This document shows, one piece after another, positions 44,633-54,866 of a DNA stretch of 64,000 bases. Origin of the DNA: a virus (lineage: Duplodnaviria > Caudoviricetes); IMG/VR virus record IMGVR_UViG_3300029288_000056, positions 233,329 to 297,328 of that record, one strand, 5' to 3'. Under the pieces are notes generated by a model. The model had not been told where the DNA came from. It ran no database searches and worked only from the letters and a program-made list of their open reading frames with translations. Both the position numbers and the translations under genes were made by a program. Numbering within the stretch: the first letter of the stretch is position 1; every line of letters begins with the position of its first letter.

Positions 44633-44936
44633 CTTCCCTGTCTAATTCTCCCCCGATTTTTGTGGGAATTGATTTTCTCTGCACAAAGCACTCACAGACT
44701 CCGTGCTTACCAGAGAGACTCGTTGTTGGACAGTCCTCTATGTCGTGAAAAACTACGCAAACATAGAAGTCTAGCGATTCGCTGCAAACACATGTACCCG
44801 TTACTGGCGAATGGCAACAATGCTTATTCACTTGTAGGTGATGAGCGCACTGACAGCAGCAGCCCCAGCCCTTTAATTCTGGGTTTTCAAGGCAACATTC
44901 ATCATCTTCGTGTAGGTATTCAAATTCTATTTTCAT
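44616..44936 (-). CDS. Cys-rich hypothetical protein
   Basis: 106 aa, many Cys/His. Confidence 0.6.
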   Translation of the reverse strand: MKIEFEYLHEDDECCLENPELKGWGCCCQCAHHLQVNKHCCHSPVTGTCVCSESLDFYVCVVFHDIEDCPTTSLSGKHGVCECFVQRKSIPTKIGGELDREDANRV

Positions 44937-44946
44937 TTATCCTCCT

Positions 44947-45019
44947 CAGGGACGGCAGGACTCGAACCCGCATATAACTGCTTCGAAGGCAGCCACCTGA
45001 TCCATTAGGCTACGTCCCC
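44947..45019 (-). tRNA. tRNA-Arg(TCG)
   Basis: GGGGACG/CGTCCCT, arm GCTGC-CTTCGAA-GCAGT. Confidence 0.94.
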
Positions 45020-45630
45020 ATATTACAAACGAAGTTACTCACAACGACGCTAAATCGCTTAACTACTTCATTAAACTGTTCTTTACTCTCAGGGGTGACC
45101 TCAAACATCCATTCATAATAGAGCCCATCAACCGATGTCTTTTGCCACTCGTCGTGTATTCCGTCAAATATCTGGTACACTTTTTTCCACCAAATATAAG
45201 GGATACTATCTTCTTGATTGCGATGATAAAGATTGTTTTCCACATAATAGATGAATTGTTCCATCAAACAGTCGTCAGTTGCCACACCCGTTATTAATAT
45301 TCTACCGGTAAATCCGTTAGCCCCTGAGCTTTCGTTGGTACTAAAAAACGGAAGCTTGTTTAGAATCTTCACCAACTCTATTACTGCTGGGTCCAAAGCT
45401 TCGTCGGTACAATAATCTAAACCTAAGTCGGCAGGATAGACGTTTTTATCGTCCTCTTCTTCGTAGAAGTCTATTAACCCCTTGAGGTGGTTGTACATCG
45501 TTTCACTAAGCGCATATCTGTGTTGTACGCCATCAGATTCAATCTGAAGTAACCAATATTTTTCATCTAGACTATTTTGTTGCTCAATAAGATACAATCC
45601 ATCTACATATTCCCTCATTGTTTCTCCCAC
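45010..45630 (-). CDS. Hypothetical protein
   Basis: 206-aa ORF. Confidence 0.6.
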   Translation of the reverse strand: MGETMREYVDGLYLIEQQNSLDEKYWLLQIESDGVQHRYALSETMYNHLKGLIDFYEEEDDKNVYPADLGLDYCTDEALDPAVIELVKILNKLPFFSTNESSGANGFTGRILITGVATDDCLMEQFIYYVENNLYHRNQEDSIPYIWWKKVYQIFDGIHDEWQKTSVDGLYYEWMFEVTPESKEQFNEVVKRFSVVVSNFVCNMGT

Positions 45631-45980
45631 TTTTGGATAACCTTAACGAACGACTTACCCTCGGTGTCGGGAGCGTAAAGCTTCAGTAACATCACTGGCT
45701 TGTTAAGAGCGAACGCCATTCCTAAATCGAAGTGAGACCCAGTGCTATTAGAGTCCCAAAAAATGTCCACCCTGTCACAATCCCTCATCGCCTCGGCGTG
45801 TTCAGAGCAAATCCTAAACCCAATCGGATCAACTTGATCCACGTCCCTTGGTGGAAAGTGAACCTCAAATCCTATATCCTCTAAATTCTTTACATATTGT
45901 TCGATCTCCACAGACTGTTCATCGGTAAGTCGTCTCACCGGGCAAATGATATAGATCTTGTTTCGTTTTCTATCTACCAC
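45615..45980 (-). CDS. Nucleoside 2-deoxyribosyltransferase-like protein
   Basis: KIYIICPVR..FPPRD..STGSHFDLGMAFALNKPV. Confidence 0.75.
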   Translation of the reverse strand: MVDRKRNKIYIICPVRRLTDEQSVEIEQYVKNLEDIGFEVHFPPRDVDQVDPIGFRICSEHAEAMRDCDRVDIFWDSNSTGSHFDLGMAFALNKPVMLLKLYAPDTEGKSFVKVIQKWEKQ

Positions 45981-46183
45981 TAGTCCCCTTTCCTCGACGC
46001 TTTCCCACCGCTAAACATAACAAGAGTGATGATTCCCCAACCCAACATCTGCTTCAAAGACTCGTCCCCGCCTGCTAGGAACACCCAGTTCCACGCGCCA
46101 ACCACGAAGTAAATGAACGCAATGAGCGCAGCAAGCCAAAGACCAAGTCCGACAATAGCCAACAATCCGATTAATGCCTTCAT
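45980..46183 (-). CDS. Small membrane protein
   Basis: Two TM segments. Confidence 0.6.
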   Translation of the reverse strand: MKALIGLLAIVGLGLWLAALIAFIYFVVGAWNWVFLAGGDESLKQMLGWGIITLVMFSGGKASRKGD

Positions 46184-46440
46184 ATCGTCTCCCCGTTTAG
46201 AAGTTTGAATATCTGGAACAGCGTATCCATATCGTCGACAACATCTACGGCCTCAAGATCATATATCCCATTGTACTCACTGAGATAACGAAAACCTATC
46301 TTGCATAGTAGATCACAAAGCTGCAGTTTTTCTCCCTCACAATGGTCGCCACATGGCTCATTCTTTTTGCCACACTCTATCGCGCAGGCATGGCATTCAT
46401 CCATCAGTGCGTGAAACTTGTCTTTCATAGCGTCACTCAT
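46180..46440 (-). CDS. Small Cys-rich protein
   Basis: RBS and promoter 46481-46486. Confidence 0.6.
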   Translation of the reverse strand: MSDAMKDKFHALMDECHACAIECGKKNEPCGDHCEGEKLQLCDLLCKIGFRYLSEYNGIYDLEAVDVVDDMDTLFQIFKLLNGETI

Positions 46441-46489
46441 GTATCCTCCTTTGCACTACCTTAACACAAGTCGTCAGAAAAGTCAAGCG

Positions 46490-46966
46490 TTATTTTCTAC
46501 ACCTATAACGCTCTACTAGTTCCTTAATCACACTGCGATAAATGTTCCAGTCGCCGTAGGTTACATTGATCGTTTCCCCAATGTCCAACAACAGCTTGGT
46601 GGCATTAGGATCACCGAGTGGCGGCTTTACGAGAGGCCGAGTATTCCATGCTTCCCGAGAGGGGGCGGCGCAGCCACATGTATGGCAAATTACTCCACCA
46701 GTGGTAACTTCCACATGATGATTATGTGTGATACCGTCTTTTGACCAACCGTGAGATCTGTTTAGGATCTCACTAACGTCGTCGCTACCGCAGAGCGGAC
46801 AGTTGTTTAGTTTAGGGTTCAATAACTGTTGAAGTTCAATCAACGTCACTAGTGGTGTAGTGTAACCGCAGATACATTGAGCAACATAGAGTGGGCAATG
46901 TTCTACAAACAAAGCCTTAGCCTCTGTTAGCTTAGTGTGACAGTTTGGGCACTCGTATCGTTCCAT
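46490..46966 (-). CDS. Lar-family (restriction alleviation)-like Zn-finger protein
   Basis: LNNCPLCGS...VICHTCG...AWNTR. Confidence 0.6.
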   Translation of the reverse strand: MERYECPNCHTKLTEAKALFVEHCPLYVAQCICGYTTPLVTLIELQQLLNPKLNNCPLCGSDDVSEILNRSHGWSKDGITHNHHVEVTTGGVICHTCGCAAPSREAWNTRPLVKPPLGDPNATKLLLDIGETINVTYGDWNIYRSVIKELVERYRCRK

Positions 46967-47490
46967 TAGTCCTCCGTTATCCGGTACTTTTTAAGGTCGC
47001 AAGGTTCATCATCGAGACTACAGTCTCCACCGATGATGTTTTCATCTTCGTCGCATTCAACGTTATAGTTCTCACACCATTCCGGATTGCGGTCGTCACT
47101 AAGCATACCAACCAGATCGGGGCACTCCGATGAATAGCGACAGAGGCAAATCGGCTGATTTGCCCACGTGAATATAAGGCCTCGTTCTTTTAACCACGCC
47201 TCCAGCTTGTCGCGGGTTTTTGTGAATTTATCCAATAACTTCGTCTCGTCGCAAACTGGCACCCAAACACAGATACTAAGCACTTGCGCCTGAAAGTAGC
47301 GCAATACTATGTAACTGAGCGCACAACATACGTCGTCTTCGTTTACCTCTGAAAAGGTCTCTAGAATCTCAGCCGTTTCTTCTTCGGTTAAGACCCTATT
47401 GATTGCTATGTCGTTGTACAAACCCTTCCTAAAAGCGAATGGCATGATTCCTCCTATTATTTTGAGGCCCTTATTTCGTCGATCTCCCAA
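46966..47490 (-). CDS. Hypothetical protein
   Basis: 174-aa ORF. Confidence 0.6.
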   Translation of the reverse strand: MGDRRNKGLKIIGGIMPFAFRKGLYNDIAINRVLTEEETAEILETFSEVNEDDVCCALSYIVLRYFQAQVLSICVWVPVCDETKLLDKFTKTRDKLEAWLKERGLIFTWANQPICLCRYSSECPDLVGMLSDDRNPEWCENYNVECDEDENIIGGDCSLDDEPCDLKKYRITED

Positions 47491-47702
47491 CAGCGGCCAC
47501 CGTTCTTTTTTAGTCTAACACTGTCGCCGGTCTTCACTAGACCAAGCTTAGTGTCATGAATATGATCCCATATTTTTCCATTTGTGCCCAAGACACAGTC
47601 CTCTTCGTCATCCACTCTCTCAACATTGACCCACACGTATTCCGTTTTAGGGGTGGAACAACCTAATGCTATCAGTATCATAAATGCAATGATCTTTTTC
47701 AT
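47457..47702 (-). CDS. Putative lipoprotein
   Basis: MKKIIAFMILIALGC lipobox. Confidence 0.6.
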   Translation of the reverse strand: MKKIIAFMILIALGCSTPKTEYVWVNVERVDDEEDCVLGTNGKIWDHIHDTKLGLVKTGDSVRLKKNGGRCWEIDEIRASK

Positions 47703-48268
47703 TCCTTCGCCTTAACCTTTACTTCTGCATACGCCCCAACACCGGGGTCTCGTTGATCTCCAGTCTCATCAACCGAGATATCTATCGCGCCAAAATAGTC
47801 GTCTTTCACCAGCTCATACCCACGCTTTTCAAGGTACTCGGTGATTGCTGTTTCTAATTCCTTTTCATTAAGAGTTAGTGTTATGTCCATTTTATCTCCC
47901 TCTATTATGTCCTGTAATATTGTTGAAAATTGTTTTAACCTGCTAATTTGCCCTAAAAAATCAGGATAGCACTTCTGTGTTATTCGAAGATCTTCTTTTA
48001 TACTTTCATAGAATTGTTTGATCTTTAAGTTTTTACGATCCTCTTTTTCTAACAACTTGCGGTAGCCTTCCATCGTTTCCAACTGTACGGTAAACCTGTT
48101 GTGCCACTGATCGCGTTCGGCAGTCAGGCGGTCTATCTCGGCATAGCATTTGTAAACATGGTCTTTTACGAGGACGGGAGTGACGTCGTCCGTTCCATCC
48201 CCAACAAAAACGTGATCACAATGGTAAAGTACATATTCTGGCATTAGCTCAAACATTTTTCTCCTCAT
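47699..48268 (-). CDS. Hypothetical protein; C-terminal part paralogous to 54867-55070
   Basis: Internal GGAG RBS before MDITLTLNEKEL. Confidence 0.55.
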   Translation of the reverse strand: MRRKMFELMPEYVLYHCDHVFVGDGTDDVTPVLVKDHVYKCYAEIDRLTAERDQWHNRFTVQLETMEGYRKLLEKEDRKNLKIKQFYESIKEDLRITQKCYPDFLGQISRLKQFSTILQDIIEGDKMDITLTLNEKELETAITEYLEKRGYELVKDDYFGAIDISVDETGDQRDPGVGAYAEVKVKAKE

Positions 48269-48584
48269 AGTTTTGCGGTATCAGGTCTATCTCTGCGATG
48301 CCCGACAACCCAACTAACTTCTTAATCAAGGATCCTTTACAGTGGACTCTCAAAAGCATAAGCCCAGAAAACTGTCCTTCAAGAAAACAAGTATCCGACA
48401 CTCTACCGCCGCTGTCTTTGATGATTTTTTGCATCTTGGCTAAGTTCTCGGCGTTCTTGTTGTTTTTGCGCAGATTGTAGCGCATCTCAACGTCAAGACT
48501 GTAGTCTTGATCGTCAACAATGTCGTCGATGGTATTCACGCCTTGAGATTGAAATCGTCTACCTATTTTATTAACAACACCCAT
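48249..48584 (-). CDS. Hypothetical protein
   Basis: 111-aa ORF. Confidence 0.6.
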   Translation of the reverse strand: MGVVNKIGRRFQSQGVNTIDDIVDDQDYSLDVEMRYNLRKNNKNAENLAKMQKIIKDSGGRVSDTCFLEGQFSGLMLLRVHCKGSLIKKLVGLSGIAEIDLIPQNYEEKNV

Positions 48585-48597
48585 GATAGCTCGTCCC

Positions 48598-49104
48598 TTA
48601 TTCTCCTTTGTTTGATTCTTCGGCTAATTCCCAGCGCCGTTGTTCTTTCCAAAGCTGCCCGTAGCGGTGGTACATGTCTGCCCCATCATTATGTTTCCAA
48701 GTTACAGTATTGGGAATACCATAGAGGTCTTCAGCGGAGCACCGCGGGCAAGTACAACAAATTTGAACGCAATCTCCGCAATGCTCTTCCGCCAAATACT
48801 CGGTCCAATTTTTCTTAAACTCTTCATAGTCCCATTCGGCTTCCCAAATGTCTTTATTTCCATTATCTTCCCAGCGCTTAAATATATCATCGAGCATGGC
48901 TAGTCTTTGTTCTATTTTTTCTTCGCGCCATTTTTTATCTGTATGAGCGAGCCACTCACCCTCTCTACACATATGAATACCGAGTAAGACATCATGGAAG
49001 ATGTAGTTAAGAGTGTGCTTCTGGTAAGCAATCATATGCTCTTGTTCCGTCGGCTTGTAGGCCGGCGGCTGTAGTATACTCTTTAGTCTCTCTAGTTCAT
49101 CCAT
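48598..49104 (-). CDS. Hypothetical protein
   Basis: HCGDC...CTCPRC motif. Confidence 0.65.
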   Translation of the reverse strand: MDELERLKSILQPPAYKPTEQEHMIAYQKHTLNYIFHDVLLGIHMCREGEWLAHTDKKWREEKIEQRLAMLDDIFKRWEDNGNKDIWEAEWDYEEFKKNWTEYLAEEHCGDCVQICCTCPRCSAEDLYGIPNTVTWKHNDGADMYHRYGQLWKEQRRWELAEESNKGE

Positions 49105-49451
49105 TTTGTTCTTTCGGTTGATTAATTTCTCTTATCAAGTCCATCAGTTTATTTACAACCGGTACTACGTACTTTTCACTAGCCTCTGTTTTAATGGTTA
49201 GGCCGGGCCGTAGTAGCGGGTGTTCAGCGGTTATAATGTATTTATTATTCATTATCCTCCAGTTCTTTTATCCTCTTCTCAACACTCATGAAGATCTTTA
49301 CTCCCGACCAGACTACCGTTGAGATCAACGACACTAGAACCATTATGTCCCCAACCCACCAAAGATCTGGGTTGTTTTTTACTATAGTGATGGCGAAAAA
49401 GGCCAAGAAAAAGCCGCCCCAACCCCACAAGTCTATTAAAAATGTTTTCAT

Positions 49452-49850
49452 TTAATCCCTTTCTGGAAACAAGATGTCTACTCCGTCTGCCAAAAACTTG
49501 TCCAGTTTGTCAAATTTTTCGCGGAGATCTTTGTTTTCTTTTTCTAACTTGTCCATGTGTTCCATCATGCGGTTTATTTCCTCAATCTTTTGAATCGCAA
49601 CGATTCTTGGATATTTCGTGCTGGCCGTCTTTATGACTTTCTCGATAGCGTCTTCTAAAACCGCCTCTAAGTCGTACCCGTGACTAAAAGAACTATAGTC
49701 AGCATCGTCAAAGAATTTACTCGCCGGTGGGACTGTGATATGTAGGGCAACGGCGTACTCCCCGGGAAATATCCCATCCCCTGTATTAACCTTAGGCCTC
49801 TCACTCATTACACTCCAATGGTTTAAATTTTTCTTGCAGATAGTTTTCAT
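49452..49850 (-). CDS. Hypothetical protein
   Basis: ORF in operon. Confidence 0.55.
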   Translation of the reverse strand: MKTICKKNLNHWSVMSERPKVNTGDGIFPGEYAVALHITVPPASKFFDDADYSSFSHGYDLEAVLEDAIEKVIKTASTKYPRIVAIQKIEEINRMMEHMDKLEKENKDLREKFDKLDKFLADGVDILFPERD

Positions 49851-50259
49851 TCAGGGCGTCAAGATCTAAGAGGTACTTAGTCCAGTTTCCGTTGTGAAAC
49901 TCCACGATCTTCAAATCCTCCCAACCCGTCACTTCCGTGCTCTTAATAGTCACGGGTTTACGGAGGAATCTCTTTTCTGTAGTTTCGACAGTTTTAAAGA
50001 TTGGTTCACGAACTGACTTTAAAACCAATTTATCGCCGTAATACACATAGATTTCGTCGATAGACTTGTCTTTGTAAATACCCACCACAACCTCGCATGA
50101 CGGGTTTTTGATATAGCCAGTAAAATACATATCGTACGCGGTTAAGTTAATTATACAGAAGTACGGTATGTAGCAATAGTGAAATCCCTTCTTGTAGTAT
50201 TCCTTGATCTTCTCCACGATCTTTAAGGCAAGTTCTTTTTGTTCCTCAATATCTACCAT
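49801..50259 (-). CDS. Hypothetical protein
   Basis: 152-aa ORF, GAGGAG RBS. Confidence 0.6.
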   Translation of the reverse strand: MVDIEEQKELALKIVEKIKEYYKKGFHYCYIPYFCIINLTAYDMYFTGYIKNPSCEVVVGIYKDKSIDEIYVYYGDKLVLKSVREPIFKTVETTEKRFLRKPVTIKSTEVTGWEDLKIVEFHNGNWTKYLLDLDALNENYLQEKFKPLECNE

Positions 50260-50473
50260 TATATCTCCTCATGTTCCCCAATGTGAGCAAATTATTTTCC
50301 AACCCTCATCAATATTGTAGTTTAAGTCGAGAATTTCTGTGTCTTTAACTAGACACATACCTTCAAATTCATGGCCGCAGTTTCTACAGAAGCCTACAAC
50401 CCAGTGGTACCCGCAGTCTTTACAGTCGCAGGAGAAGTCTTCTTTCCCGTTACATACTTTCGTACTGCCGCAT

Positions 50474-51127
50474 TTAGGACAAGGTGCGTTCATCTTTCCA
50501 TCCTATCAATTCTAGTATAACGTTTCTTTTTTCTAATGAGAACTTTATGATAGCACCGTTTAACAATACGGCCTGATCTCCCATGATCACCGCGTTTGGG
50601 AAAGTCATCTTTACATACTCTTCCGCGCTAATATCTGTAGTGAACCAATAAAGCTTTTTCCCAATCACTTCTTCAAGGAACATGTCTTCGGATCTAACTT
50701 CTTTCTCGAGTGTCTCAAGTTCCATTTTAAGCTTCCAAACTTTATTAGTGAGGGTCCTTATCCTTTTTAGCCGCGTTTGGTTTACGGGGAAGTCTATACT
50801 CTCATCTTCCCCGGGTGGCTCAAGAATAGCACCACAGAAAGGGCACTCGGGTGGTGCCGCGGTAAAGAAGCTACCGCCTCTTCCAACTAACCACTTGTCC
50901 CACATTCCTTTATCTCTGCGGCTAAATTCACTTTTCTTTTTTTCTTCTGTACCACGAAAGTATAAGTATTCGCCTTTTTCAAATGGGAGTTGAGGAAAGC
51001 ACAAACTGATACCGTTTAGACCGTCCTCATGTCTTATGGGGCGCTGTTTATCCATAGAAATTATATTATCACGTTTGTAGTGATAGGTCTTATTGAACTC
51101 GCAGTCTGGGTTTGGGCAACCGTTCAT
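50474..51127 (-). CDS. Hypothetical protein
   Basis: 217-aa ORF. Confidence 0.6.
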   Translation of the reverse strand: MNGCPNPDCEFNKTYHYKRDNIISMDKQRPIRHEDGLNGISLCFPQLPFEKGEYLYFRGTEEKKKSEFSRRDKGMWDKWLVGRGGSFFTAAPPECPFCGAILEPPGEDESIDFPVNQTRLKRIRTLTNKVWKLKMELETLEKEVRSEDMFLEEVIGKKLYWFTTDISAEEYVKMTFPNAVIMGDQAVLLNGAIIKFSLEKRNVILELIGWKDERTLS

Positions 51128-51534
51128 TAATGCACGTCCATCGGGTAGCCTATCCAGTTATCTAAATGCAGTCCAACTGCCCACAGTACAGCAACAAGTC
51201 CGTAAGTTAACCAGAATAGTGCAGTAAAGTATATAGGATCAAATATCAGAATGTGGAACAGGATCTTAAGGGGGCGCCACCAGTTCTTCCAGAAATACAG
51301 TTTACTTACAACCTTCTCGCACCATTCAGGGAAATCTCTTATGGGGGCGGGACAATCTTCTACAGGTGATTCAAGATATCCATCTATAGAATATGGAAGT
51401 AAAGTAATTAATGCTAAAACGGCACCAAAGATAACTATGCCTCCCGCCACTAGAAAAGCGAGTTTAACGGCGATTAAAAGAAGCGCGCCGATAATTGCGG
51501 CAAAAAACACGAAGGGTTGTAACCAAACAGGCAT
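51127..51534 (-). CDS. Membrane protein
   Basis: Several TM segments. Confidence 0.6.
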   Translation of the reverse strand: MPVWLQPFVFFAAIIGALLLIAVKLAFLVAGGIVIFGAVLALITLLPYSIDGYLESPVEDCPAPIRDFPEWCEKVVSKLYFWKNWWRPLKILFHILIFDPIYFTALFWLTYGLVAVLWAVGLHLDNWIGYPMDVH

Positions 51535-52016
51535 TAGGACTTCATCCTTTCCCCTATCATTTCTTCTATCCTTTCAACGCGCCTCTTATTCTGCATGAAA
51601 ACGTTGTTTTGTATCACACTATCGACACCTGCGTTCTTCAACATTCTGGCGCAGAGTTTGCAGGGTTTACAATCAGCCTCATCGTCCGTTTCGAGATCCC
51701 AACCCCAAATGTAAATCGTCCCACCGTACATCTCGTCACGAGACGCGGAGATTATGGCGTTCTGTTCCGCGTGAACTGCCTCACAAAGCTCGTATCGTTC
51801 GCCGGCGGGAATTTCCATCTCTTGCCGTCTACAAACGCCAGTATCGCAGCAGTTTGTTGTCCCTCGCGGGCTACCGTTATATCCCGTAGAAACGATTTGG
51901 TCGTTATTTACAATGACAGCGCCAAATTGTCGGCGCAGGCAGGTTGATCGTTGAGCAACGGCTTTCGCTATGCCCAAGTAGTACTCTGTTTTATCTGGTC
52001 TCATCCTTTTCCTCAA
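51534..52016 (-). CDS. dCMP deaminase (ComEB-like)
   Basis: RSTCLRR..GAVIV..TGYNG, HAEQNA, PCKLC. Confidence 0.92.
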   Translation of the reverse strand: MRKRMRPDKTEYYLGIAKAVAQRSTCLRRQFGAVIVNNDQIVSTGYNGSPRGTTNCCDTGVCRRQEMEIPAGERYELCEAVHAEQNAIISASRDEMYGGTIYIWGWDLETDDEADCKPCKLCARMLKNAGVDSVIQNNVFMQNKRRVERIEEMIGERMKS

Positions 52017-52272
52017 ATCCGTTACAGTTTTCTAGCCAAATAGGATCGAAGTTGTACGGCCAATTAAACCAACCATTTCGAATCCCGTGTGGATCTCCTT
52101 TGATCTCTAATGCATTATTGCCGGTAGGTATCACAATTCCTCTAGGGTTGCCAAGCGCCGCTATAAGCTGACCCAAGTTGTCGCCGGAACCGCTTAAAGG
52201 GTGGTCACAACGCGAATGTGCGCTACCTTGCACCTCACCGCGGTGTTTACACTTATAACAATTGTGGTCCAT
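51991..52272 (-). CDS. Hypothetical protein
   Basis: CYKC..GWFNWPYNFDP; promoter 52313-52318. Confidence 0.65.
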   Translation of the reverse strand: MDHNCYKCKHRGEVQGSAHSRCDHPLSGSGDNLGQLIAALGNPRGIVIPTGNNALEIKGDPHGIRNGWFNWPYNFDPIWLENCNGFEEKDETR

Positions 52273-52321
52273 TTATCCTCCTTATTAAAACACTAACATA
52301 GCTCTTGAGAAAAGTCAAGCG

Positions 52322-52723
52322 TTATTTTTCGATCAAGGGATTACTTTTGTAAAATTCCACATCAGCTTTAAATTCTAAAAACTTAATGTGTTCTTCTTTT
52401 GTTATTTCCTTACCATCTAGCCACATTTTACCGTCTTCTGGTGAGGTGTTTTCGAACTGTATGAGATGGAATCCATAATATCTGTCATCCTGTTTTGCAA
52501 CGGCGTGAAGTTTTTTGAACTGCTGAATTTGGGCGTAAGTCATAGTTGACTTATACCGCTTTTCTTCTATTAACATCCATCTACCGGTTTTGTAATTACT
52601 CCAAATATAGTCTAGGTTAGTAGTAACAAATCCTTTAGAGCTGTCAAGCTGCGGTTCGTTTCTCAACCATTTACTATATTCAGTTGAGGATCCTTCGCGT
52701 AAATCGTTCTGCTGTCTTGTCAT
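52322..52723 (-). CDS. Putative PD-(D/E)XK nuclease-fold protein
   Basis: NLDY...MLIEEK..Q pattern. Confidence 0.45.
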   Translation of the reverse strand: MTRQQNDLREGSSTEYSKWLRNEPQLDSSKGFVTTNLDYIWSNYKTGRWMLIEEKRYKSTMTYAQIQQFKKLHAVAKQDDRYYGFHLIQFENTSPEDGKMWLDGKEITKEEHIKFLEFKADVEFYKSNPLIEK

Positions 52724-53118
52724 TATGTTCCATTCTCAAAAGTGAATTCTTGTTTACAGAAAGGGCAGTACCATGTCTCTTCCCAATCTAATACTCCGTC
52801 CAATGATTGTCTAATTGGTCCAAATTTAGGGTACATCGGCTGATCCGGGTAAAGAGGTGTAAACTCGGCCTTTTTAGTCTCCTCATTCCACTTGCCGGGA
52901 ACCGTTATATAATCGCCGTCTTCGTCTATTTGGAAATAACCGCCGTCGTATTCTGGGGTAGGCCATCCACAAGTTGGGCAAGAGTAACCAAGATCGGCCC
53001 ATGTCATTCCTTCACAATCACCGCAAATATAATGATAACGGTCCTCCATCACCCCGATAGTGACGTCGTCGCAGTCCTCGCAATAGTGTTGTACTTTATC
53101 AGTCATGGAAAACCACAA
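52723..53118 (-). CDS. Multi-CXXC protein
   Basis: Four CXXC pairs. Confidence 0.55.
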   Translation of the reverse strand: MWFSMTDKVQHYCEDCDDVTIGVMEDRYHYICGDCEGMTWADLGYSCPTCGWPTPEYDGGYFQIDEDGDYITVPGKWNEETKKAEFTPLYPDQPMYPKFGPIRQSLDGVLDWEETWYCPFCKQEFTFENGT

Positions 53119-53392
53119 CCCTCTTTTCTTCGGGGATCAGGTTAACAATGTCTTTGAAGGTAGGTTTCGGCTTAAGTCCGAGGTATTCCGCAATGAGCTC
53201 TTTGGTATAAGCAAACTCGTGAGTCCAAACCGAACGGCCCAAGACCTTTTCAATAGCACGGTGAAAGACATCAAAAGGCATTGCGAGCCTGCGTTGGAAG
53301 AGCTGAAACAGCACAACCTGTTCGTCAGTCCAGTCTTTCCAGATCTCACTCTCTGCAATTGCGATGGCTTGTTCTTTAGTTATCTGTTTCAT
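53099..53392 (-). CDS. Hypothetical protein
   Basis: 97-aa ORF, GAGG RBS. Confidence 0.65.
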   Translation of the reverse strand: MKQITKEQAIAIAESEIWKDWTDEQVVLFQLFQRRLAMPFDVFHRAIEKVLGRSVWTHEFAYTKELIAEYLGLKPKPTFKDIVNLIPEEKRVVVFHD

Positions 53393-53540
53393 TTTTCCTC
53401 ACAAAATAAGGACAGTTTTTGTCCGGTTTTTGTCCGCTCATACATCTGGGCAGATCCTCTTTAGTAAAGATATCGTGCCACACATAAGAGCGTGCACACT
53501 TTCTGCACATTTCTACCATATTTTCGTCTGAGAACATCAT

Positions 53541-53589
53541 TTGCGGCGGAGCGGATCGAACGCCCCAATTAATCTCTCCACTACCGCAA
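53541..53589 (-). ncRNA. Minihelix-like element (acceptor + T arm only)
   Basis: TTGCGGT...GGGCG-TTCGATC-CGCTC-CGCCGCAA. Confidence 0.4.
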
Positions 53590-53595
53590 CTAAAA

Positions 53596-54543
53596 CTACT
53601 TCTTCATCATTTCGTTCATGTTGAACAGGAAGTTACTTCCCGCTGGAACCATGATAACTTGAACGTTAGGGTTAAGCTTTTGAATTGCTTCCCATTGGAT
53701 TACACTAGTGGACTCTTTGAGGGCGGCGTTCTTAATGCGAATAGCGTCTGCCTCTCCTTGAGCCTCGGTAACCTTTTGCTCTGCGGTGTACTTCGCTTGG
53801 TCTGCGCGGTTCTTTGCAGTAACGACCTTTTCAAACTCAATCTGTTTCGCTTCAATAGTATCACGATAGGCCTGTGTGAACTCTATCTGGCGAATGTTAA
53901 ACTCGTCGAGTATGATGTGGTTAGCTTCAAAGCGTTCCTTTAATTCGGTGTAAATCATTTGCTGTGCGTCGTAAGATGCCTTTGTGTAGAGCTCAGCTGC
54001 GGTAAACTTATTAGGTACTCGTCTTACGATAGTTCTGGTCTCTGGCTTTACGATGGTCTCTACGTAATTCTTTTCAGTACCAAGGTTTGCCAAAATCCAT
54101 GGAGCTTCTTGTGGATCAATTCGGAACCGAACTGTAACGTCCAATGCGATCCTCTGCCCATCTGAGGTGTTTGCAAAGTCTTCGTTGTCTGTATACTCAG
54201 CTTGGCTTTCCTCTACATTAGAGGTTGTCTCAAAGGTCTTTTTAATTGTCGAAAACTGTACTACCTCGTCAACAAACGGTGCCTTTGTGTGAATACCCGG
54301 TTCATAGATGGCTTCGGTAACGGCGCCGAAGTGCTTAACTACTCCAACATGTCCGGTTTCTACGGTGAAGATCATATCGTTGATTGTGAAGGCTAACAAA
54401 AGGCCGACCACAAAAGTAACGATTGACCAGAAGATTGGCTTTCCGAACGAACTAGCCTCGTCCCAATCCTCTACCCTTTTTAAAAGCTGCCATATTACGA
54501 TCCCTATGACCAGTAACATGACGGGAAAAATAAACCATCCCAT
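53596..54543 (-). CDS. SPFH/prohibitin (band 7) membrane protein
   Basis: TM helices, VETGHVGVVKHFG, IEAKQ, EAQGEADA. Confidence 0.9.
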   Translation of the reverse strand: MGWFIFPVMLLVIGIVIWQLLKRVEDWDEASSFGKPIFWSIVTFVVGLLLAFTINDMIFTVETGHVGVVKHFGAVTEAIYEPGIHTKAPFVDEVVQFSTIKKTFETTSNVEESQAEYTDNEDFANTSDGQRIALDVTVRFRIDPQEAPWILANLGTEKNYVETIVKPETRTIVRRVPNKFTAAELYTKASYDAQQMIYTELKERFEANHIILDEFNIRQIEFTQAYRDTIEAKQIEFEKVVTAKNRADQAKYTAEQKVTEAQGEADAIRIKNAALKESTSVIQWEAIQKLNPNVQVIMVPAGSNFLFNMNEMMKK

Positions 54544-54558
54544 TTTAATTCCTCCTTG

Positions 54559-54849
54559 TTATTTTTTCTCAATCCAACTAACTACGTATAGTGTCTGCTT
54601 TTCTGTCTCAACTCTCTGAATACCAGAGTTTACGACTAGAGGATTTGATTGTAACTTAGCGTCAAAACTCAGGGCCGCGGATTCAAGTTCAAATACTTGA
54701 ACCATAGACTTGAGGTTTTCAGTAGTGACGCCTTTGTGGGCAATCGTTACATCAGCCTTACTCGCGTCTTGACTACAGTTAGTAGCTAGATAAACCACAG
54801 AAATCAGCGCGATAATCACGGCTAACACTGTCGCTTTTAATGATCTCAT
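54559..54849 (-). CDS. Hypothetical exported protein
   Basis: Hydrophobic N-terminus. Confidence 0.55.
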   Translation of the reverse strand: MRSLKATVLAVIIALISVVYLATNCSQDASKADVTIAHKGVTTENLKSMVQVFELESAALSFDAKLQSNPLVVNSGIQRVETEKQTLYVVSWIEKK

Positions 54850-54866
54850 AACTTACCCCCTTCCAT

